From assembly GCA_963667465.2 (NCBI GenBank), contig CAXXDN010000001.1, forward strand, positions 544,001 to 608,000: a stretch of DNA of 64,000 bases, in the 5' to 3' direction. The position numbers and the translations under genes were made by a program. Origin of the DNA: Dehalococcoidia bacterium. Its GTDB lineage: Bacteria > Chloroflexota > Dehalococcoidia > UBA2979. Shown piece by piece: positions 1 to 10,092 of the stretch; position 1 is the first letter of the stretch; every line of letters begins with the position of its first letter. The notes below the pieces were generated by a model. It was given only the letters and a program-made list of their open reading frames with translations, ran no database searches and was not told where the DNA came from.

Positions 1-929
1 CGCACGCGTTGCTGACGGGCGGCACGGACGCACAGAAGGAGGAGTGGCTCCCGAAGCTCGCCTCCGGCGAGGTGCTGGTCGCGATCGGCGTGACCGAGCC
101 GGACGTCGGCTCGGACAACGCCAACCTCCAGGTGCGCGCGACGCCGACCGACGTCGACGGCGTGCGCGGCTGGCGCATCAACGGCGCGAAGGCCTGGAGC
201 ACCTTCTCGGGTCGTGCCAACGTGATCTCGATGCTCGTGCGCACGAACCCGAACCCCGAGGCCGCCGGCCGCGGCCTCTCCGTGCTGATCGTTCCCAAGG
301 ACGCGCACTACGGCCACGAATGGACGCAGACCCAGCCCGAGGGCGGCTCGATGAGCGCCACCGCCAACCCGACGCCCGGCTACCGCGGGATGCACTCCTT
401 CACGGTCGCGATCGACAACTACTTCGTGCCGCACGCCAACCTCGTGGGCGAGGACGCCGGGATGGGCCGCGGCTTCGCGCTGCAGATGGGCGGCTTCGCC
501 GTCGGGCGGCTGCAGACCGGCGGGCGTGCCTGCGGCGTCGCGCAGGCAGCGCTGGAGAAGGCCTGCCAGTACGTCACGCAGCGCGAGCAGTTCGGCAAGC
601 CGATCGGCGAGTACCAGCTCACGCAGTTCCGCATCGGCGAGATGGTCGCCCGCCTCGCCGCCGCCCGGCAGCTCACGTACGCCGCGGCCAACGACTTCGA
701 CTCGCGCGGCCTGCCCGCGCCGATGGCGAAGCTGCTTGCCTGCGATGTCGCCGTCGATGTTTCGCAGGCCGCGCAGCAGCTGCACGGTGGCTGGGGCTAC
801 TCCGAAGAAGACCCGATCTCGCGCTACGTCTCCGATGCGCTCGTGCTCCCGATCTTCGAGGGCGTCAAGCCAATCCTCGAGCTCAAGGTCGTCGGTCGCC
901 AGTTGCTCGCGGCTGCCGCCAGCCGGTGA
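1..929 (+). CDS. Acyl-CoA dehydrogenase (5'-truncated by window edge)
   Basis: Motifs GVTEPDVGSD, WRINGAKAW, REQFGKPI, QLHGGWGY and IFEG, typical of acyl-CoA dehydrogenases. Confidence 0.92.
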   Translation, partial: HALLTGGTDAQKEEWLPKLASGEVLVAIGVTEPDVGSDNANLQVRATPTDVDGVRGWRINGAKAWSTFSGRANVISMLVRTNPNPEAAGRGLSVLIVPKDAHYGHEWTQTQPEGGSMSATANPTPGYRGMHSFTVAIDNYFVPHANLVGEDAGMGRGFALQMGGFAVGRLQTGGRACGVAQAALEKACQYVTQREQFGKPIGEYQLTQFRIGEMVARLAAARQLTYAAANDFDSRGLPAPMAKLLACDVAVDVSQAAQQLHGGWGYSEEDPISRYVSDALVLPIFEGVKPILELKVVGRQLLAAAASR

Positions 930-950
930 CATCGGGGTAGGGGGCTACCG

Positions 951-1400
951 ATGCGGATCGCCGTCGCCTCCGATCACGCCGGGTTCGCCTACAAGCAGTC
1001 GATCAGCGCCTTCCTCGCGGGCGAGGGGCACGAGGTGGTGGACTTCGGCACGGACTCGGAGGGGTCGTGCGACTACCCGCTCTTCATCCGTCCCGCCGCC
1101 GAGGCGGTCGGCCGAGGTGAGTGCGAGCGCGGCATCGTCGTCGGCGGATCGGGGAACGGCGAGGCGATCACGGCGAACCGCGTGGCGGGCGTGCGCTGCG
1201 CGCTCTGCTGGAGCGTCGAGTCGGCGGAGCTGGGCCGCCGCCACAACGACGCCAACATGATCTCGATCGGCCAGCGCATGATCAGCGAGGAGACCGCCCT
1301 CGCAATCGTCCGCACCTGGCTCGAGGAGCCGTTCGACGGCGGCCGCCACGCCCGCCGCATCGGGCAGATCGACGCCCCGCCGGCGGGCGCCCCCTCGTGA
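951..1400 (+). CDS. rpiB: Ribose-5-phosphate isomerase B
   Basis: MRIAVASDHAGF, GSGNGE, RRHNDAN and FDGGRHARRI RpiB/LacAB motifs. Confidence 0.95.
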   Translation: MRIAVASDHAGFAYKQSISAFLAGEGHEVVDFGTDSEGSCDYPLFIRPAAEAVGRGECERGIVVGGSGNGEAITANRVAGVRCALCWSVESAELGRRHNDANMISIGQRMISEETALAIVRTWLEEPFDGGRHARRIGQIDAPPAGAPS

Positions 1401-1651
1401 GCGACGAGGGTGCGGCGACGGCGCACGAGCACGGCGAGGAGTGCGACGCGCTCTACCACGAGTGGCGGCGCTACCACGCGGCGGTGATCGACCCGGCGGG
1501 CCGCTACTCCCGCCAGCAGCAGCTGCTCGCGCGCCACGAGCGTGAGCGCTTCGAGCGCCAACTGCGCGCGATCGGCTGCTCGGGCGAGGCGCGCCGCGAG
1601 GCGGAGCGCGACGCCGAGATCGCCGAGCACGGCCACCCGACGCTGGCCTGA
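1397..1651 (+). CDS. Hypothetical protein (84 aa)
   Basis: GTG start overlaps the rpiB stop (GTGA); GC3-rich codons; fills the gap in an apparent operon. Confidence 0.65.
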   Translation: MSDEGAATAHEHGEECDALYHEWRRYHAAVIDPAGRYSRQQQLLARHERERFERQLRAIGCSGEARREAERDAEIAEHGHPTLA

Positions 1652-1665
1652 GCGCGATCGCCCGC

Positions 1666-2616
1666 GTGTCCGAGCCGCGCACTCCCAACCTCCCCGGCTC
1701 CGATGAGTGGCCGACCTGGACGCTGATCGAGCGCGAGCGGCTGGAGGTGGCGCGCGAGGAGCGTCCCTTCCTCGAGGCCGCCGCGGGCCTGGTGACGGAG
1801 TTCGGGGAGCTGGCCGCCCTGCTGGTTCGGGCCTGGTCGCCGCCACCCGAGGACGCCCGGGCGTCCGCGCGCGACGAGGCGATCCTCTGCGCGCTCACGG
1901 TGCGCATCGTGAAGCTGACACGCCGCCTCGCGGCCGAAACCTACGAGGGCCGCGCGGAGCTGCAGCTGCTGCTCGACCGCGAGATCTTCGTCTCCACCTC
2001 GGCGATGGCCTACCTGCTGCGCGGCAGCGGCGAGCGTTTCGAGGCGTTCGTGCGCGACAGCCTGCGCGCCGATCGCGCCGTCTGGCGGCACCTCGACGGA
2101 AACCGCGATCTGCGCGCCGGCGAGGTGCTGCCGATGGAGCAGCGCATGCGCGATCGCCTCGCGCGCTCCTTCGAGCTCGGGGGCGTCGACCCGGAGGAGG
2201 ACGACGAGGCCGAGTCCGGCTGGCCTTCGCTCGACGAGCAACTGGCGGCGATCGGCGAGCCGGCCGCGCACCGCATGCACCAGCTCGGCGCGGACAGTAT
2301 CCACGGCCTCTGGAACGAGCTGCACACCCACCACCTGCGCGCCGGGGAAGCAGCCGCGGGCGATCTCGAACCGCGGCTGGAGTGGACGGCGGCGCAGGTG
2401 CAGCCGCTCACCGCCGTCGCCATCCAGGCGAGTCGTGTGATGGCGGCCTGGTCGCGCCGCATCGGCCACGAGGCAGCCGAGGCGTTCCGCGACAAGTTTC
2501 TGGATCTCGCGGGGCGCGCCGCCCTCGTCGATCGCTTCCACGAGGAGTACCTGGCGCGATCGGAGCGGCCGGGGATGGACGACCTCGCGGGCGGCTCGGA
2601 GGGCGCGGGCGGCTGA
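1666..2616 (+). CDS. Hypothetical helical protein, possibly DUF5677-like
   Basis: 316-aa ORF with normal codon bias; the W-P-S-L..A.IG and SIHG.W pattern recalls DUF5677 (family call is tentative). Confidence 0.6.
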   Translation: MSEPRTPNLPGSDEWPTWTLIERERLEVAREERPFLEAAAGLVTEFGELAALLVRAWSPPPEDARASARDEAILCALTVRIVKLTRRLAAETYEGRAELQLLLDREIFVSTSAMAYLLRGSGERFEAFVRDSLRADRAVWRHLDGNRDLRAGEVLPMEQRMRDRLARSFELGGVDPEEDDEAESGWPSLDEQLAAIGEPAAHRMHQLGADSIHGLWNELHTHHLRAGEAAAGDLEPRLEWTAAQVQPLTAVAIQASRVMAAWSRRIGHEAAEAFRDKFLDLAGRAALVDRFHEEYLARSERPGMDDLAGGSEGAGG

Positions 2617-2623
2617 GCGGCGG

Positions 2624-3130
2624 TTACGCGGGAGGCGTCACCACCGGCGGCGGCCGGGTGGCCACGTAGTCCTCGACGTAGAGCAGGTTGTCGCCGGCGC
2701 GGCGCACGACCTTGAGCAGGTCGTCCATCGTCGAGACCTCCTCAAGTTGCTCGTCGACGAACCACTGGAGGAAGCCGCGCGCGAGGTGATCGCGCTCCTC
2801 GATGGCGAGGTCCATGAGGTCGTCGAACGCCTTCGCGACGCGCAGCTCGGCGTCGAGGGCAAGCTGGACGGCCGCCTCAACAGAGTCGAAGCCTGCGTCG
2901 CCCTGCGGGATGGAGGGCACCTCGGCGACGCCGCCCGCCTCGGTGACGTAGTCGACGATCTTCTGGGCGTGCATCAGTTCCTCGGCGACCTGGGTGCGGA
3001 ACAGGCCGGCGAGCTGCGGGAGCGCCTCGCGGCTGAAGTAGGAGGAGATCATCGTGTACTGGATGGCGGCCCAGTACTCGTTGGCCAGGTGCTCGCTAAG
3101 CGCCTTCGCCATCCGTTCGGAGATCAGCAC
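2624..3130 (-). CDS. ftnA: Ferritin
   Basis: Ferroxidase motifs EELMHAQK and FLQWFVDEQLEE; 168 aa. Confidence 0.92.
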   Translation of the reverse strand: MLISERMAKALSEHLANEYWAAIQYTMISSYFSREALPQLAGLFRTQVAEELMHAQKIVDYVTEAGGVAEVPSIPQGDAGFDSVEAAVQLALDAELRVAKAFDDLMDLAIEERDHLARGFLQWFVDEQLEEVSTMDDLLKVVRRAGDNLLYVEDYVATRPPPVVTPPA

Positions 3131-3211
3131 TGGCGTAGTCCTCTCTGAGTCTATGTGTCTATTTTACCGCTGCGGGGTGCGGAAGACGATTCGAGCTTCC
3201 GCAGCAGGCGC

Positions 3212-3505
3212 TCAGCCCGCCGGGAACAGCTCGCGCGCGCGGTCCGCGAACTGCGGTCCCGTCATGGGGCACCGCACAAGGTCGTCGAACTCATCGGGTG
3301 AGAGTTCAGTCACCTTGAGGAGGGAGCGCTGTACGGACTTGCTCCACTCGCTGTGCGCCTTCGGCATGATGACCCGAAAGAGCTTCCTGCCGTCGAGTGT
3401 GTACCAGCCCGATCGGTGTCTGCTCCCGGAGAGGCGGATTCCCAGCTTTGTCTCGAATGCTCGGCTCAGCGCTCTGGGCGCATAGCTACGGCGCGGACTG
3501 GACAT
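3212..3505 (-). CDS. Putative HicA-like toxin
   Basis: 97-aa basic protein with G-S-R-H..Y..dG..v.mP..H and a C-terminal L-S-x-D-E-F; overlaps the upstream HicB-like gene. Confidence 0.55.
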   Translation of the reverse strand: MSSPRRSYAPRALSRAFETKLGIRLSGSRHRSGWYTLDGRKLFRVIMPKAHSEWSKSVQRSLLKVTELSPDEFDDLVRCPMTGPQFADRARELFPAG

Positions 3506-3842
3506 AGCGACGCAATACTGAGCGCATCACTCGCGTGTTTCGCGTCAACTCGGAGTCGGCAGCAGAGTTCAGGTCATGCCAGACGGTGTGAATCTCCTCG
3601 CGCAGGCTCTCGATGGCCTCGTTCTCGTTGCGGCCCATGCCGTAGAGGCCAGGCTCGATCCAGCGAGCGACCGCGTCGTCTGCGCTCTCCTCGACGAGGA
3701 TCGGAATCGGCTGATGCAGTTCCAGTCCTGGCAACACGGACAACTCGGCGGGGTAGGCGGCCTCGTCAGCGAGATCACGGACCTGGCGTCCGAGGTCCTC
3801 CACCGCGCGTTCGAGTTCGGCCAGCCGTTCCTCGAACGACAT
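3486..3842 (-). CDS. Putative HicB-like antitoxin
   Basis: Acidic protein with LYGMGRNENEAIESLREEI, resembling the HicB G-x-T-x-x-EA motif; likely ATG at 3842. Confidence 0.55.
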   Translation of the reverse strand: MSFEERLAELERAVEDLGRQVRDLADEAAYPAELSVLPGLELHQPIPILVEESADDAVARWIEPGLYGMGRNENEAIESLREEIHTVWHDLNSAADSELTRNTRVMRSVLRRYVQSAP

Positions 3843-4013
3843 CGCCGGCGTGTCCGCGACCCGTGCCTCAGTTGTCACGTTGTGTCTCCAGGCTGTCGGC
3901 AAGCGGTGTGCGCACCATGAGGATCATACGCTCTCGGCAGGTGCGCCGCGTGGCGGGTTACTCGGCGGCCCCTGCCGTTAGGTTGGATGCTCGCACAGCT
4001 GACAAGAGTGTGC

Positions 4014-4229
4014 CTACTGCTCGTAGAGCTTGACCACCCGCACGGCGTCGCCCGCGGCCTCGATGCAGAGGTCGCAGAGGGTGCACTCGTCGAGGTTGGA
4101 CTCGACGGTTTCGAGGCGCTCGCCCTCGAGGGCGAAGATGTCGACGGGGCAGATCTCGGTGAGGCGGGCGCGGAGATCTGCGTCCTGCTGGACGGAGTCG
4201 TCGATGTCGACGCGGATGAACATCGCCAT
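4014..4229 (-). CDS. Small 4Fe-4S ferredoxin
   Basis: ICPVDIF plus CTLCDLC give one cluster's worth of Cys ligands; 2 nt downstream of the SucD-like gene. Confidence 0.85.
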   Translation of the reverse strand: MAMFIRVDIDDSVQQDADLRARLTEICPVDIFALEGERLETVESNLDECTLCDLCIEAAGDAVRVVKLYEQ

Positions 4230-4231
4230 GG

Positions 4232-5149
4232 CTACGCTGTCCCCCCGTCCGAGGCATCCAGTCGTTCGCGCAGCAGCGCCGGAATCTCCTCGATACGTTC
4301 GGCGACGGCGATCCCGGCCGCCTCGAGGCGCGCGATCTTGTCGGCGGTCGTGTCGGCGCGGCCCTCGACGATCGTGCCGGCGTGGCCGAAGCGCATGCCG
4401 GGCATCTCGTCCATGAAGCGCCCCGCCATGAACGCCACCACCGGCAGCCGCGATGCGTGCTCCGCCATATGCGCCGCCAGCTGCGCCTCCATCGGCCCGC
4501 CCGGCTCCGAGTAGATCGCGATGCCCTGCGTCTGCTCGTCCGCCTCGAAGAGCGGCATCAGCTCAGCGTAGGTGGAGCCGATCATCGCGTCGCCGCCGAT
4601 CGAGACAGCGGTCGAGACGCCGAGGCCGGCCTCGGAGAGCGCGTTCGCAATCTCCGTCGTCATCCCGCCGGACCGCGACATCACGCCGACCACGCCGGGC
4701 ACGAAGGCGCGTCGCGTCGCGTCGGCTGCCCCACCGATGCCGCCCATCTTCGACTTGCCCGGCGAGATCACGCCCAGGCAGTTGGGGCCGATGATGCGCG
4801 CGCCCTCCTGCGAGGCGTACTCGATGGCGCGCGCGACCTGCGCGCGCGGGATGCGCTCCGTGACGACGACGATCAGCTTCACGCCCGCCTCGATCGCCTC
4901 GAGCACGGCGTCGGCGGCGAAGGCGGGCGGTACCGCGACGATCGAGCCGTCGACGTGCAGCTGCTCCGTGAGCGCGCGCACGGTGTCCTCGACGGGCACG
5001 CCGTGTACGTCGCGGCCCTTGCGGCCGGGCGTCACGCCGCCCACGACGCGCGCGCCGTAGTCGAGCAGCTCGCGGGTCATCGTCACCGCCTCGCGGCCGG
5101 TGATGCCCTGGATGATGAAGGTGCTGTCGGCGTCGATCAGGATGGACAC
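4232..5149 (-). CDS. sucD: Succinyl-CoA synthetase-family ligase, alpha subunit
   Basis: IIQGITG, GGVTPGRKG, IIGPNC, SRSGGMT and the phospho-His motif FGHAG; GTG start at 5149. Confidence 0.88.
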   Translation of the reverse strand: MSILIDADSTFIIQGITGREAVTMTRELLDYGARVVGGVTPGRKGRDVHGVPVEDTVRALTEQLHVDGSIVAVPPAFAADAVLEAIEAGVKLIVVVTERIPRAQVARAIEYASQEGARIIGPNCLGVISPGKSKMGGIGGAADATRRAFVPGVVGVMSRSGGMTTEIANALSEAGLGVSTAVSIGGDAMIGSTYAELMPLFEADEQTQGIAIYSEPGGPMEAQLAAHMAEHASRLPVVAFMAGRFMDEMPGMRFGHAGTIVEGRADTTADKIARLEAAGIAVAERIEEIPALLRERLDASDGGTA

Positions 5150-5151
5150 GG

Positions 5152-6375
5152 CTACCCGCCCCCATTCCCGGCGGCGGCTGCGGCCTTCTCGACCGCGCGC
5201 TGCGCCGCCTCGTGCATCGAGACGGAGCGGTCCACGTACTCGACGCCGTAGCGCTCGAGGATCTTGACGCCCTCTTCCTCCCACGAGCCGGGGATGCGGA
5301 AGATCGCGATCGCCTCGGCGGGGTCGCGACCGGCCTCGACCACGCCCTTGATCACGCCGCGCGCCATGATGTCGACGCGGGTGTTGGAGACGACGTTCAT
5401 CATCACGGCGATCTTCTCGACGCCGGGCTTGGACATCACCAGCCTGGTCAGCGCCGCCGCCTTTGCGACCGAGGGGTTGCCGCCGATCTCGCAGTAGTTC
5501 GCCGGATCGCCGCCGGCCCCGCGCACGGCGTCGAACAGCGTCAGCGAGCCACCGCCCGCGCCGATGATCAGCCCGAGGTTCCCGCCGAATTCGACGACGC
5601 GGCCGGCGACGCCGCGCGTGTCGGCGGCGTCCACCTGCGCGCCGGCGATCTCGAAGTCCGTCGGCGGGCGCGCCTGGCGCGTGTCCTCCTCGGGAATGCC
5701 GAGCTCGGCGAGGAGCCGTGCGTGCGTGCCGCGCGCCTCCTCCTCCATATCGATGTGCGAGTCGAGGGCGACGAAGGCGCCGCCGGCGAGGCGGCCGATC
5801 GGGTTGATCTCGGCCAGCGTCAGGTCGTACGCGAGGAAGACCTGCACGAGCGCGCCGACGATGCGGCTGAGCCGGTTGAGCTCGTTGCCAGTCACGCCAG
5901 TGCGCGAGACGGCCAGCTTCGCCTCGAAGTCCGAGACGGGGCGCAGGTTGGAGAGGTGCGTGCGCGAGAGGTGCTCCGGGTGCTGCTCGGCGACCTCCTC
6001 GATGTCGATGCCGCCCATGTCGCTGAAGATCACGACCGGGCGGCGCACGGCGGCGTCCCAGGTGACGGCGGCGTAGTACTCCTGCTCGACCGCGCCGCGC
6101 TCCTCGACGAGCACGCCCATCGGCTCCAGCCCGTTGATCTCGATGCCGAGGATCGCCGCGGCGGCCTCGGCGGCTTCCTCGGGCGTATCGGCGAAGCGCA
6201 CGCCGCCCGCCTTCATCCGTCCGCCGCTGAGCACCTGCGATTTGAGTACGACGGGGCCACCGAGGTCGCTCGTGGCTGTGGCGGCTTCCTCGGGGGTGAG
6301 GGCGACGCGGCGCTGCGGCAGCGGCACGCCGTGCCGCGCCAGCAGGTCCTTCGCCTCGTGCTCGTAGAAGCGCAT
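5152..6375 (-). CDS. sucC: Succinyl-CoA synthetase-family ligase, beta (ATP-grasp) subunit
   Basis: EHEAKDLL, KSQVLSGGRMKAGGV, EINP and NYCEIGG; substrate loop is atypical. Confidence 0.85.
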   Translation of the reverse strand: MRFYEHEAKDLLARHGVPLPQRRVALTPEEAATATSDLGGPVVLKSQVLSGGRMKAGGVRFADTPEEAAEAAAAILGIEINGLEPMGVLVEERGAVEQEYYAAVTWDAAVRRPVVIFSDMGGIDIEEVAEQHPEHLSRTHLSNLRPVSDFEAKLAVSRTGVTGNELNRLSRIVGALVQVFLAYDLTLAEINPIGRLAGGAFVALDSHIDMEEEARGTHARLLAELGIPEEDTRQARPPTDFEIAGAQVDAADTRGVAGRVVEFGGNLGLIIGAGGGSLTLFDAVRGAGGDPANYCEIGGNPSVAKAAALTRLVMSKPGVEKIAVMMNVVSNTRVDIMARGVIKGVVEAGRDPAEAIAIFRIPGSWEEEGVKILERYGVEYVDRSVSMHEAAQRAVEKAAAAAGNGGG

Positions 6376-6474
6376 CGGCCGCTCCTCGGGTCTCGCCTCG
6401 CTTCAGCGCGCACTATGCCACGGCGCGGCCTACGGGGGCAGGGGGCGATGCGCGCGGGTATCATCCATCGGGAC

Positions 6475-8904
6475 ATGTCCTCCGAGGGCTCCGGGCGACC
6501 CCTGACATCCGGCGACGAGCCGACTCCGGCTGCGGCATCCGCTGGCGCACTGGCCGGCGTGCTGGTCATCGATGCGAGCGAGGGCGTGGCCGGCGGCTAT
6601 GCCGGGCGGCTGCTCGCTGACCTTGGCGCGGAGGTCGTGAAGGTCGAGCCGCCCGCGGGCGACCGGCTCCGCGCGCTCGGACCGTTCCCCGGCGACCAAC
6701 TCGACCTCGAGGCGGGCGGCCTCCACCTCGCGCTGAACGCCGGCAAGCGCTCGCTGGTGCTGGACCTCGAGTCTCGCGAGGGGCGGGAGCGGCTCCGTGC
6801 GCTGGCCGCGCTGGCCGACATCCTGCTCGAGGGCGCCGGCCCCGGGGTGATGGAGGGCCGGGGCCTCGGCCCCGAGCGGCTGCTCGCGGCCAACCCGCAG
6901 CTGGTCTACGCCTCGCATTCTCCGTTCGGGCTGACCGGACCCTACGCGGGGCGGGTCACGAGCGAGATCGTCGACTGGGCGATGGGCGGCTACCTGTACT
7001 TCGGCGGCGATCCGGGGCGGTCGCCGATCATGGTGCACGGTCACCAGGCGGAGCTGCACGCAGGCATGCAGCTCGCCGCGGGAGCGCTCGCGGCGCTGTG
7101 GCACGCGCGGCGCACGGGCGCCGGGCAACACCTCGAGGCCACCACGATCGAGTCCGTGCTGAATGCGCACGTCTGGCTGACGACGATGTGGACGCACGAG
7201 GGCCTGATCCAGACCCGCGAGCCCTCGCCACTGATTCCCTGCGCCGACGGACACGTGGTCTGGCTGGGGACGCCCAACCTCGACATCTTTGTGCTGATCG
7301 AGCGGCCGGACCTGATCGACGACCCGCGCTGGGCGACGCCCGAGGGCTGGCGCGAGTCCGTGCCGGAGATTCGCGCCCTGCTGGCCGAGTGGGCGGCCGA
7401 CCGTCCACGCGCCGAGATCTGCGAGAAGGGCCAGACGCTGCGGCTGGCCGTCACGCCGGTCAACACCGTCGAGGAGCTCGCGCAGTCGGCGCAGCTCCGG
7501 GCGCGGGGCTGGTGGCGAGAGACGCCGCACCCGGAGCTCGGCGCCCTGCTGCTTCCCGGTCCGCCGTGGCTGCTGTCGGGCACGCCCGCCGGTCCGCGCG
7601 GCGCGGCGCCACGGCTCGCCGCCGACGCCGGGTACGAGCCCCCTCCTCGCGAGCGGGCGACGCCGGGGGCCGCCGACCCGGACGCGCTGCCCCTCGAGGG
7701 CGTCAGGGTCATCGAGGTTACGGGTAACTGGTCGGGACCGCTGGCCGGCCGGCACCTCGGGGACCTCGGGGCGGAGGTGGTGAAGATCGAGCTGGCGCGG
7801 CGGCCCGCCACCCGCGTCAGCCACCCGCCGGGGAACGAGGGCTGGGAGACGTTCTACAACCGCTCCGGCTACTTCAACCTCCTCAACCGCAACAAGCGCG
7901 ACCTCTGCCTCGACCTTGGGACCGAGCGCGGGCGCGAGCTGTTCCTGCGACTCGTCGAGGATGCCGACGTCGTGCTCGAGAACAACAGCGCGCGCGTCTT
8001 CCCGCAGCTCGGCCTCGACTACGAGACGCTCGCGAGGCGCAATCCGCGGATCGTGATGTGCTCGATCGCGGGCTATGGCGCCACCGGCCCGGAGCGCGAT
8101 TACCTCGCGTACGGCTCGAACATCGAGGCCTCCTGCGGGCTGGCGGCGCAGACCGGGTACGGCGACGGGGCTCCGCGCGGCACCAACTCGTACTACGCGG
8201 ATCCGATCACCGGGGCGCACGCCATCGTCGGCATCCTCGCGGCGCTGCACGCCCGCGAGCGCACCGGCCGGGGGCAGCAGCTCGACATGGCGCTCCAGGA
8301 ATCGGGGGCGGCGTTCATGATCGAGTCGATCATGGACTACCGGCTCAACGGCCGGGTCGCGCGCCCTCGCGGGAACCGCTCGACGCGAATCGCGCCGCAG
8401 GGCGTGTACCGCTCGCTCGGGACCGACTGCTGGCTCGCGATCGGCGTCGAGACGGACGAGCAGTGGCGGGCGCTGTGCACGGTGATCGAGCGCCCCGAGC
8501 TCGCCGATCGCTTCCCCATGCTCGAGGACCGGCTCGCCGCCCACAACGAGATCGACGCCGCCATCGAGGGCTGGTCCGGGTCGCGCAATCACAACCGCGC
8601 CACCGAGGCGCTGCAGGAGGCCGGCGTTCCGGCGGGCCCGGTGCTCGCGAACTGGGAGATCGTCAGCGACCCGCACCTCTACGAACGCGGCTACTTCGTC
8701 GACATCGTGCACCCGGACGTCGGGCATCAGCGCTGGGAGGGCTTCCCCTGGCGACTCTCGCGGACCCCGGCGCGCGTCCGCCGGCCCGCCCCGCTGTTCG
8801 CTCAGCACACCGACGAGATCCTCGGCGAGCTGGGGCTCAGCTCCACGGAGATCGCGCGACTGCGCGACGACGGAGTAGTCGGCTACGAGCCGCTGTACGG
8901 CTGA
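6475..8904 (+). CDS. Family III CoA-transferase (CaiB/BaiF), tandem two-domain
   Basis: Two CaiB N-terminal motifs (LADLGAEVVKVEPP..GD..R, LGDLGAEVVKIE) and two N..KR motifs; ATG at 6475. Confidence 0.9.
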   Translation: MSSEGSGRPLTSGDEPTPAAASAGALAGVLVIDASEGVAGGYAGRLLADLGAEVVKVEPPAGDRLRALGPFPGDQLDLEAGGLHLALNAGKRSLVLDLESREGRERLRALAALADILLEGAGPGVMEGRGLGPERLLAANPQLVYASHSPFGLTGPYAGRVTSEIVDWAMGGYLYFGGDPGRSPIMVHGHQAELHAGMQLAAGALAALWHARRTGAGQHLEATTIESVLNAHVWLTTMWTHEGLIQTREPSPLIPCADGHVVWLGTPNLDIFVLIERPDLIDDPRWATPEGWRESVPEIRALLAEWAADRPRAEICEKGQTLRLAVTPVNTVEELAQSAQLRARGWWRETPHPELGALLLPGPPWLLSGTPAGPRGAAPRLAADAGYEPPPRERATPGAADPDALPLEGVRVIEVTGNWSGPLAGRHLGDLGAEVVKIELARRPATRVSHPPGNEGWETFYNRSGYFNLLNRNKRDLCLDLGTERGRELFLRLVEDADVVLENNSARVFPQLGLDYETLARRNPRIVMCSIAGYGATGPERDYLAYGSNIEASCGLAAQTGYGDGAPRGTNSYYADPITGAHAIVGILAALHARERTGRGQQLDMALQESGAAFMIESIMDYRLNGRVARPRGNRSTRIAPQGVYRSLGTDCWLAIGVETDEQWRALCTVIERPELADRFPMLEDRLAAHNEIDAAIEGWSGSRNHNRATEALQEAGVPAGPVLANWEIVSDPHLYERGYFVDIVHPDVGHQRWEGFPWRLSRTPARVRRPAPLFAQHTDEILGELGLSSTEIARLRDDGVVGYEPLYG

Positions 8905-8913
8905 GGCAGGCGG

Positions 8914-9975
8914 CTACTCCAGCCCGTAGGCCTCCGCCAGTTCCGGGTCTTTCGAGGCCAGCAGCTCCGCCAGGTCGAGCATGACGAGCGCCTGCTTGTA
9001 GGTCGCGTCGTCCTGCATCTTGCCGTCCAGCATCACCACGCCCGAGCCGTCGCCCATGTGCTCGACGATGCGCCTGGCGAAGGCGACCTCGTCCGCAGGG
9101 GGGCTGAAGACGCGCTTCGCGATCTCGATCTGGTTCGGGTGCAGCGTCCAGGCGCCGACGCAGCCCATCAGGAAGGCCGCGCGGAACTGATCCTCGCAGG
9201 CCAGCGGGTCCGCGATGTCGCCGAACGGCCCGTAGTAGGGCAGTGCGCCGGCCTCGACGCAGGCGTCGACCATGCGCGCGAGCGTGTAGTGCCAGAGATC
9301 CTGCTGCGCCGTCGGGCGCGGCGCCTCGTCGTCATCGGGCACCGGATCGCTGCGCACCAGGTAGCCGGGGTGACCGCCGCCGACGCGCGTGGTCTTCATC
9401 CGCCGCGAGGCGGCGAGGTCGGCCGGCCCGAGGCTCATGCCCTGCACGCGCGGACTCGCCTGCGCGATCTCCTTGACGTGGTTCACGCCTCCGGCGGTCT
9501 CGAGGACGGCGTGGATCAGGTAGGGCCGCGTCAGCCCGTGCCGCGCTTCCAGCTGCGCGAGCAGCTGATCCGCCCAGTGGATGTCCCACGGCCCGGTGAC
9601 CTTGGGCAGCATGATCACCTCGAGGCGCTCGCCGAGGGCAGCCGTCAGCTCGATCAGGTCGTCCAGCACCCAGGGACTGTCGAGGCTGTTGACGCGCGTC
9701 CACAGCGCCGTCTCCCCGAGGTCGCCGCTCTGGCCGACCTCGATCAGGCCGGCGCGCGCCTCCAGCTTCTTGTCGGACGGGATCGCGTCCTCGAGATTGC
9801 CGACCAGCACGTCGACCTGCGCGGCCATCGACGCGACGCGCGCGCGCATGCGCTCGTTGGAGGGGTCGAAGAAGTGCAGCATCCGCGTCGGCGTGACGGG
9901 AATCTCGTCGGGCGGCGGTGGTGCGCCGAGGGCCAGTGGCTTGCGCCATTCGCGGGGCGTGCGTGTCGCGCTCAT
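8914..9975 (-). CDS. CoA-ester lyase (CitE / malyl-CoA lyase family)
   Basis: [37 protein letters not shown] and GKMQDDAT. Confidence 0.88.
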   Translation of the reverse strand: MSATRTPREWRKPLALGAPPPPDEIPVTPTRMLHFFDPSNERMRARVASMAAQVDVLVGNLEDAIPSDKKLEARAGLIEVGQSGDLGETALWTRVNSLDSPWVLDDLIELTAALGERLEVIMLPKVTGPWDIHWADQLLAQLEARHGLTRPYLIHAVLETAGGVNHVKEIAQASPRVQGMSLGPADLAASRRMKTTRVGGGHPGYLVRSDPVPDDDEAPRPTAQQDLWHYTLARMVDACVEAGALPYYGPFGDIADPLACEDQFRAAFLMGCVGAWTLHPNQIEIAKRVFSPPADEVAFARRIVEHMGDGSGVVMLDGKMQDDATYKQALVMLDLAELLASKDPELAEAYGLE

Positions 9976-10092
9976 CGGCAGCTCCCGGTGATCCAGACTG
10001 TCGTTCCGTGCAGGCGGCCGGACCCGCCGGCGCGTGCGCAGCCTAGCCGGGGCGGCGACGCCACGCCAGCGCCCGCCGTGCCGCGGCGGCGC

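Noticed and set aside
5212-6474. 1230-aa ORF read as a large fusion protein
   Set aside because: The N-terminal part is the antisense of sucC; the CoA-transferase starts near 6475.
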